Assembly: GCA_964035545.1 (NCBI GenBank)
Contig: OZ037771.1
Coordinates: 445,628 to 509,627 of the forward strand
Direction of reading: 5' to 3'
Source of the DNA: Bugula neritina
Taxonomy: Eukaryota; Animalia; Bryozoa
DNA: 64,000 nt
The notes under the pieces are model-generated. The model had not been told where the DNA came from, did no database searches, and was given only the letters and a program-made list of their open reading frames with translations. Below are positions 56,502 to 64,000 of this stretch, piece after piece (positions within the stretch are counted from its first letter, which is position 1; every line of letters begins with the position of its first letter). Made by a program: the position numbers and the translations under genes.

Positions 56502-58666
56502 TTAACTACCTTGACAGAGAGGAAAGGATTGAGGGCACCCCATACTGTTGTAAGTATTGTCAAGGTAGGAACCCGGGTAGTTGGCGAGACTAGCTCCAGT
56601 TGGATGAATATTACTGCTGATGATGACGGGTGGGTTCGGAGGAGATGGGTTAGCCGGGTCACAGTTCCAAGTTACTTTGTGAGTCCAAGGATTGTACTGG
56701 TAGCAGTCGTTAGCAGCTGGATATGGGCAGTACTGACCTGTGTTTGGAATACAATTTATATTTATATTATTTACTGGGTTGTATAATACCATACACTACG
56801 TTGTATTATATAAATATATTTGTTTTACTATCAGGGGTAGGCAACTGGGGGCCCCAGGGTCACCTGTGGTCTTTGCCTAATTTTAGTGGACCTTATAATG
56901 TTTAAGATAAGTAAGAACTGACATATGCATTGTTTGGTGACAACATACTTTACATTATAAGAAACTTTAATATGTGTACAATCATGTGGTCCTTTCTTTT
57001 GGCTGACTTCTGAACTTGGCCCTCATAAAAAAGTTGCCCACCCCTGCTATATATTATGTGTTGTATATAGTTTAAAGGAAAGACAACTACTTAATATTGA
57101 ATGCAATGAATCCAAGTCATTAGGGCTAGCTAATGTAACCGATTTTTAACTTGGCTAGATTTACTTAAATATAGAGTTGTTCCCTCTCTATTTATATAGT
57201 AGCAAGGGAAGATAACCAAGTTAAAATTCCGATACAACACTATAGCAAAGCAAAAATCTAATTGAAATTAGAGTATAATTACAAGAAAATAATTGAAGTT
57301 AAATTTATTAATTTAATTTAAAATTTCAAAAAAAAACAAACAAATTTTTTGCAACAAAATTTAATTTAGCAGGCAATTTAGTAAGCGCCATTTAATATGC
57401 AAAATGTAGGAGAAAGCAAATCTAGTAGCAAAAATTGCATTTGATTTGATTGTCAGTTGTGTTCTCCTGAAAACATTTGTTGAATTACTTTTAAGAGTTT
57501 TCCCCTCTTTGCTGGAAAATTTAATTTAGCAGGCAATTTATTTAGTAAGCACCATTTAATATGCAAAATGTAGGAGAAAGCAAATCTAGTAGCAAAAATT
57601 GCATTTGAGTTGATTGTCAGTTGTGTTCTCCTGAAAACAATTGTTGAATTACTTTTAAGAGTTTTCCCCCTTTTTGCTGGAAAATTTAATTTAGCAGGTA
57701 ATTTATTTAGTAAGCACCATTTAATATGCAAAATGTAAGAAAAAGCAAATCCTGCAGCAAAATTTACATATGAGTGGATTGTCAGTTGTGTTCTCCTGAA
57801 AACTTTTGTTCTAGTGCTCTTAGGAGTTTTCCCCTCCACAAGTTCAAAACCTTTTACAGTAGGTACATTTTTAGGCTATCATTTTGCAGAAAACAGACCA
57901 ACTTCTAGGTTTTTATTATTAGAAAGTTGTGGTGGAGTAGAGGTAGTGGCTGTGCCAGGAGATCATGCTCTTGTGGGTTCTAGGACAGGTGTGGTCCATT
58001 TTTTTTTAGCTGCTAAAGCAATTTTTTTTGTAAAGCTGATAAATAGTAAAAAAATTAAAAAAAGCTACCCTAATGAGAGTCGAACCCACACTTCTGTGGA
58101 CACTAGGCAGTGTCCTCTACTGCTGAAGCTATTTCGACTTCTTGCTTTTAGAGGTTTGTAACTCCTTCTGATGTTTGACAGCTTCAATTTTTGAGCAAAA
58201 AAGTGATCGCGCTATGCAGTTAGGATGGCATTTTAATTGCTGGCTGATAGTTCACTGTTGGAGCGATAATTAGCTGGTGCTGAAGATTTTGCAAGCTGTT
58301 TGTGTGTTGGGGAATACCCATTAAAAGCTTATGCTGAGCGCGTGCTTTGATTTTGTAAGGCATACCATTGTAGCAGGTTATTGTAATTAGCTAGGAATGG
58401 GCAACCCAAAGTGTGTTGTATGTATAAATAAAACAGCAGAGAAATATTGAACTATAAACCTGAATATTTATTAGAGAAGAAAAATATCAAATTGATGGAC
58501 ATTTAATTGCACTGATGCAAAGTGTGTGCAAAGTTAATCATATAAATTTAGTTAATGCTTTTTCTCTAAAATTACATAAAATATTGAAAATAGAAAAATG
58601 TTTCAACACCCGCTGTAATTAAAGTGAAATTACAAAACATTTTTAATTAAATTAAATAAATTAAAC

Positions 58667-58729
<63 letters not shown>

Positions 58730-58766
58730 ATATGTATATATATATATGTATATGTATATATATATG

Positions 58767-58840
<74 letters not shown>

Positions 58841-61800
58841 GTTAAAATTTGTACAAAAGGTTGCAGGAAAACTAACATTCAAAAATAAAATATTGTTTGC
58901 ACAAAATATAAAGTTATATGCTAAAAATAGTTGGCCATTATAACATACTATTGTCATGCATACTACTATTACGGTGTACTATGTTGTAGTACCTGTCTTC
59001 CCATATAATACTAATAATACTATGTCATGTTATCTTGATATAATATTATATATCATATCATGTGGTATAATAGCCTGTAATTATTACACTAAAATACACT
59101 ACTAAAGTACAATTATAATATACTATACTGTACTACACTATACTACATTACGCTATACTACACTGTACTATACTATACTATACTATACTACACTGTACTA
59201 TACTATACTATACTATACTGTATTATACTATACTACACTATACTATACTATACTATACTATACTATACTATACTGTGCTATACTACACTTTACTATACTA
59301 CACTATACTATACTGTACTATACTATACTATACTATGCTATGCTATGCTATGCTATACTATACTATACTATACTGTGCTATACTATGCTATACTATACTA
59401 CGCTATACTATACTACACTACACTTTACTAGACTACACTGTACTATACTATACTAGACTATACTATACTATACTGTGCTATACTATGCTATACTATACTA
59501 CACTACACTTTACTAGACTATACTATACTATACTATACTACACTGTACTATACTACACTACACTATACTATACTATACTATACTATACTATGCTATGCTA
59601 TGCTATGCTATGCTATGCTATGCTATGCTATACTATACTATACTATACTACACTACACTTTACTATACTATACTATACTACACTGGACTATACTACACTA
59701 CACTATACTATACTATACTACACTGGACTATACTACACTACACTATACTATACTATACTATACTGTGCTATACTACACTTTACTGTACTATACTATACTA
59801 TACTATACTGTACTATACTATACTACACTATACTATACTATACCACACTGTACTATACTATGCTATACTATACTACACTACACTTTACTAGACTACACTG
59901 TACTATACTATACTAGACTATACTATACTATACTGTGCTATACTACACTGTACTATACTATACTATACTATACTGTACTATACTATACTACACTATACTA
60001 TACTACACTATACTATGCTATACTATACTACACTACACTTTACTAGACTACACTGTACTATACTATACTAGACTATACTATACTATACTGTGCTATACTA
60101 TGCTATACTATACTACACTACACTTTACTAGACTATACTATACTATACTATACTATACTATACTACACTGTACTACACTGCACTGCACTGCACTGCACTG
60201 CACTGCACTGCACTGCACTGCACTGCACTGCACTGCACTGCACTGCACTGCACTGCACTGCACTGCACTGCACTGTACTACACTATACTATACTATACTG
60301 TGCTATACTACACTTTACTAGACTATACTATACTAATATAATATACACACTACTATGCACTGCTGCAGCTGTCTACCCACCACTATAGTCAGGATCGTAC
60401 TGCCTTTTCCCGCTCTCATCAACGACGTAGCGCTGACCAATATTGTCATACACCCAGGTTCTTCCCACGTCATCCGACATCCATGGCTTGCCATTATAAT
60501 GAGGGTCCAGTAGCTTGTTTCCGTTGGCATCATATACAAATCTCTTGCCATTCTCCTCGTAATGATACCTGCAAGACACCATCAGCAGTCTTACAAAGTG
60601 ACACTAGAACCTGTACACGTATAGTCACTATCTTTTACTCTATTGTGATTATATTTTACTGTTCCAACAGCTTCTTGATAATAAATTTCTATACAAACAT
60701 TCACACTGGAAGATTTTCCTTTAAATTATATAAATTTATGTTACATAATAATTTAATCATGTCAAATGATAAACAATGATGTAATAAATAATATTCCCAG
60801 TGGGCTTTCAATCTAAAAATCTATTAATTGTTTGTCATGAAGAGTTCCTCAAGTCACATCCAAAATCAATTAGAGTAAAAGCTAAGCTTCAACTCCCACC
60901 ATAAATGCTAGAGAACCAGAGGAGAGACTTACGGTCTTCCAGTGCGGTCTTGCTTGGCTGGCTCCGGCTGCCCTTGGTCACACACTCCGCCCACACAGTT
61001 GATATGGTGGTTCAGTAATGGAGGGTGTTTCAGAGAGGAGTGTGGATCTGGTGTGGACTTGGTGACGTGTGTCAGACTAACTGTAGCGGAACATGAGAGC
61101 TGCAGGGGAAGACAACCCACAATAACACACAATGACTGTAGTCATAGGAAAGTATAGATGTAGCTAAATATAACTGTAATGACGCACCTGGTGATTGATT
61201 ATCACGATATGAGGTGCTCTCATGTGATGGAGGTAGGTTTGAGAAGCCTGCTGGGGCTCTTTGACTGGAGCAACCTAACGTACAATACAAGAACCTATAA
61301 CAAGCATAATATTACTGACTCAATCATAAAGTTGTGCTTGAATAAAAGCTTGCATTAAATTCTCAACAACTTGACTTTGAAAAGTAAGATCCAAAAATTT
61401 GCATTCAGCCCCTTTGCTTCTCGTCTACTCAGGCAGAGCTACAACGTAAACAGGAAATGCTGCGTACCGGCTATGCGTCGATTCCCGCAGTTATCCACGA
61501 TCAGGAGCTGTCCTTGCTGGGTGTACATCGGATCACAGAACTTCTCGCCGTTTCTCCCCATGATGAAACGTCGGCCGAACAAGTCCCACTGATACTTGAT
61601 GCCCTGTTTGTTTGCCAACACGTTGTTGTAGGGCATCCCTTCGCTGTCCACCACCATTTCCGTGTATATTTTACCAGGTGGCAGCAACTTGGATCTACAA
61701 GTACCACACGTTTGCACACTATTTTAAACTCACAGCTGATGAGTTCTTTAGAATATATACTATAATATTTGATATGTAACAGCTTATAGCAGTTACTAAG

Positions 61801-63428
61801 TTTATGCTATGCTTGTAACCATGACGATAAAAGAGAGAACCAACTTACCTAGCATCTCCAGAAGGTACATTTCTGAGAGAATTTAGAAGAGTTGGTCTGG
61901 CAGCCGGAGTTGTAGGTGTGATTGCTGCCGGGATGTCCTTGAATGAGAGAACACTCTGTAATACATAATATAAACAGTATAGGCAGTATAGACAGTGTAT
62001 ACAGTATAGACAGTATAAACAATATAGACAGTATAGACAGTATACACAGTAATACAGTATATATAGATAGTATATATAATACACAGTGAATACCTTAGGT
62101 TTAGAGAGAACAGGATCGCCAACGCCGTAGGTACCACCTCTACCACGATGCTGCATCTCCTCCTCAGCCAGTCTGAGTATGGCCTGGTGGACAACCAGGT
62201 CAAACCTGTCAGCCATCGTCTTGTTCGGCCACCGAATACAGAAAGACACGAGTTTTGGTTGCTGAGTGGACTGGTCGATGTTAGTCCAGCGAATCATATT
62301 CCTTGAGGTATCTCTGTAAGAAAGAGTGTGATTGGCTACATTCACCAGCTAATCAGATGTCTGAATGATGAGAACGTAGAGAATGTTCTCTGCAGCTACT
62401 CAGCATAAAGTCTATAATCATTCATAAGAATCTAAATGAAGAATATCCCAGAGTAGCAACTTGAGCATCACCTGGAGACCTGCAGATATCACCTGGAGAC
62501 CTGCAGATATCACCTGGAGACCTGCAGATATCACTTGGAGACCTGCAGATATCACCAGGAGACCTGCAGATATCACCAGATAAAGCCGTACCTCTGAAAC
62601 TCTGTTTTACGGGAAACACTCTGGTTGATGAGGAGGTCTCCGTTGGAGTTCTTCATGTACAGCCGGTAGTCCAGTGGCTTAGAGTTGAGAACAACAATGA
62701 GGTCTCCAGCACCACACGACTGTAGAATATGACAGATACAATGACCTCTACAGCACCACATGACTGTAGAATATGGCAGATACAATGACCTCTACAGTAC
62801 CACACGACTGTAGAATATGACAGATACAATGACCTCTACAGCACCACACGACTGTAGAACATGGCAGATACAATGACCTCTGCAGGACCCTGAAGTAACT
62901 CACCTTCCAGACGTGGTTGTGCTGATAGACGAACAACTCACAGTGTCCGTTGAACACAGTAGCATTGGAGTCAAAAGGATTGTCGAACCAGTCCAACAGC
63001 CACCCGTAACCTAAGGACCTAGCTGAGAGATAAAACACAGACTACAGCTGAGTTATATATAATACGTCAACACTACACATTAATAGTTACTAGTTATATA
63101 TATAGTTACAAGTTATATATAGTTACTAGTTATATATAGTTACAAGTTATATATAGTTACTAGTTATATATAGTTACTAGTTATATATAGTTACTAGTTA
63201 TATATATAGTTACAAGTTATATATAGTTACAAGTTATATATAGTTACAAGTTATATACTGTAGACTAAGTTACTTACCCAGAGTAGCCTTGTGTCTCCAA
63301 ATACCAACCGATACTTGCACAGTGAGCACAAACACCCCAAGATACACGAAATTCACAAACAGATTCTCAACACTAAAGAGGTAGTTCAGCAGACCAACAA
63401 CTTTCAATATGAAGTGAGGACTCTCCAT
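56502..63428 (-). CDS. Uncharacterised, probably secreted or membrane-anchored protein with internal repeats. Exons approx. 63428-63278, 63022-62906, 62719-62592, 62313-62094, 61955-61849, ~61719-61469, ~61274-61187, 61100-60932, 60568-60383, 56738-56502
   Basis: Coding-like exons bounded by GT/AG; N-terminal hydrophobic stretch ([19 protein letters not shown]); repeated Gx(R/K)(F/Y)...G.K...DPxY motif; Cys/Pro-rich last exon. Some boundaries and the start codon are uncertain. Confidence 0.6.
56832..57046. mobile_element. hAT-type MITE (non-autonomous DNA transposon), about 215 bp
   Basis: Terminal inverted repeats caggggtaggcaac / gttgcccacccctg (13/14 match) resemble hAT CAGGGGT-type TIRs; no clean 8-bp TSD. 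Confidence 0.65.
57356..57837. repeat. ~163-bp tandem repeat, 3 copies
   Basis: aaaatttaatttagcagg recurs at ~57356, 57517 and 57681. Confidence 0.9.
58056..58137 (-). mobile_element. tRNA-derived SINE-like element
   Basis: Minus strand reads tagcttcagcagtagagg (A-box-like) ... gggttcgactc (B-box), followed by a T-run. Confidence 0.5.
58668..58838. repeat. (AT)n microsatellite
   Basis: Direct observation. Confidence 0.97.
59100..60335. repeat. Pentanucleotide satellite (TACTA)n with TGCTA and CACTG variant blocks
   Basis: Direct observation; pure (CACTG)n block at ~60176-60275. Confidence 0.95.
62465..62580 (-). repeat. 21-nt intronic minisatellite (gatatctgcaggtctccaggt) containing two AG|GT per unit
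   Basis: About 5 copies. Confidence 0.85.
62695..62883 (-). repeat. 44-nt minisatellite, 4 copies of acceptor plus exon start (catattctacag|tcgtgtggtgctg...)
   Basis: Minus-strand AG at 62852, 62808, 62764 and 62720; the last in transcript order opens [10 protein letters not shown]. Confidence 0.9.
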
Positions 63429-64000
63429 ATTGCCTACAAGCCAGATGGCTGCATAGCCACATGGCAGTACAGCTGTGATAGGGAAGGGCGTAGCCTCTCG
63501 GTGCCCGCATATCAGGAACTTAGTGAGTAAGAACTCAGCCACTGGAATTACACTTAGTATTGTCAACAGATCCAACAGGCTAAGCTGCATCTTACCTTCA
63601 GCCACTTCCTTTCACTCGGAATGCAAAACAATCATCTAGCAAATTGCTGTGGCTTCTATGTTGTCATGACAACCTCAGTATCATAGCAACAGGCAAAATA
63701 ATACAAATGATTCCAGTGTTTATGAAAATAAGAATGATTATTACGTCATCAAGTTATAAAATTGTACAGCTAGACCTGTCCATGAGACTCCAACAGACCT
63801 TTAAATTGACAGAAACAACAAATCCACCTTACGTGTTGACACAGCATACTTTTACTGTAAGCTTTTGAGTGAAATAAATATTATTTAAATTTGAGTTCCA
63901 AAATATCTTTTTTAAACTTTTGTAGACAATTTGAATAACAGCACAATGTTACCTGGCAACTGTGTGCAAGTCTATGTGGTACACAGTCTACCTGGTACAC

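Noticed and set aside
59275-60321. (YYTIL)n ORFs
   Set aside because: Translation of a pentanucleotide satellite.

Overview
This is eukaryotic (invertebrate animal) genomic DNA, AT-rich and intron-dense, not prokaryotic. By joining exons across GT/GC-AG boundaries I can assemble eight protein-coding genes. In order: the 3' part of Kidins220/ARMS (+, 1-10485); a P2X receptor with an intronless ORF (-); AIF1/Iba1 (+); a complete CBP/p300 (+, 23031-36215); a WSCD-like membrane sulfotransferase (+); a DUF229 alkaline-phosphatase-superfamily protein (+); an unknown Ser/Lys-rich protein with a GC-AG intron (-); and an unknown, probably secreted protein with an internal Gx(R/K)(F/Y)...DPxY repeat (-). 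Most long ORFs in the supplied track are artefacts of tandem repeats. The most striking pattern is that most introns carry their own private minisatellite, and many of these are tandem amplifications of the splice junction itself. Acceptor arrays reach 23 copies with the last copy frame-preserving, donor arrays reach 10 or more copies, and one array has a branchpoint-AG|GT (recursive-site-like) unit. Other points of interest are two Kidins220 microexons, a P2X/AIF1 head-to-head pair, a promoter-like island flanked by inverted ATG+donor cassettes, and RFX X-box arrays. Exon coordinates were read by eye and may be off by a few bases. Family assignments come from recognised motifs, not database searches.
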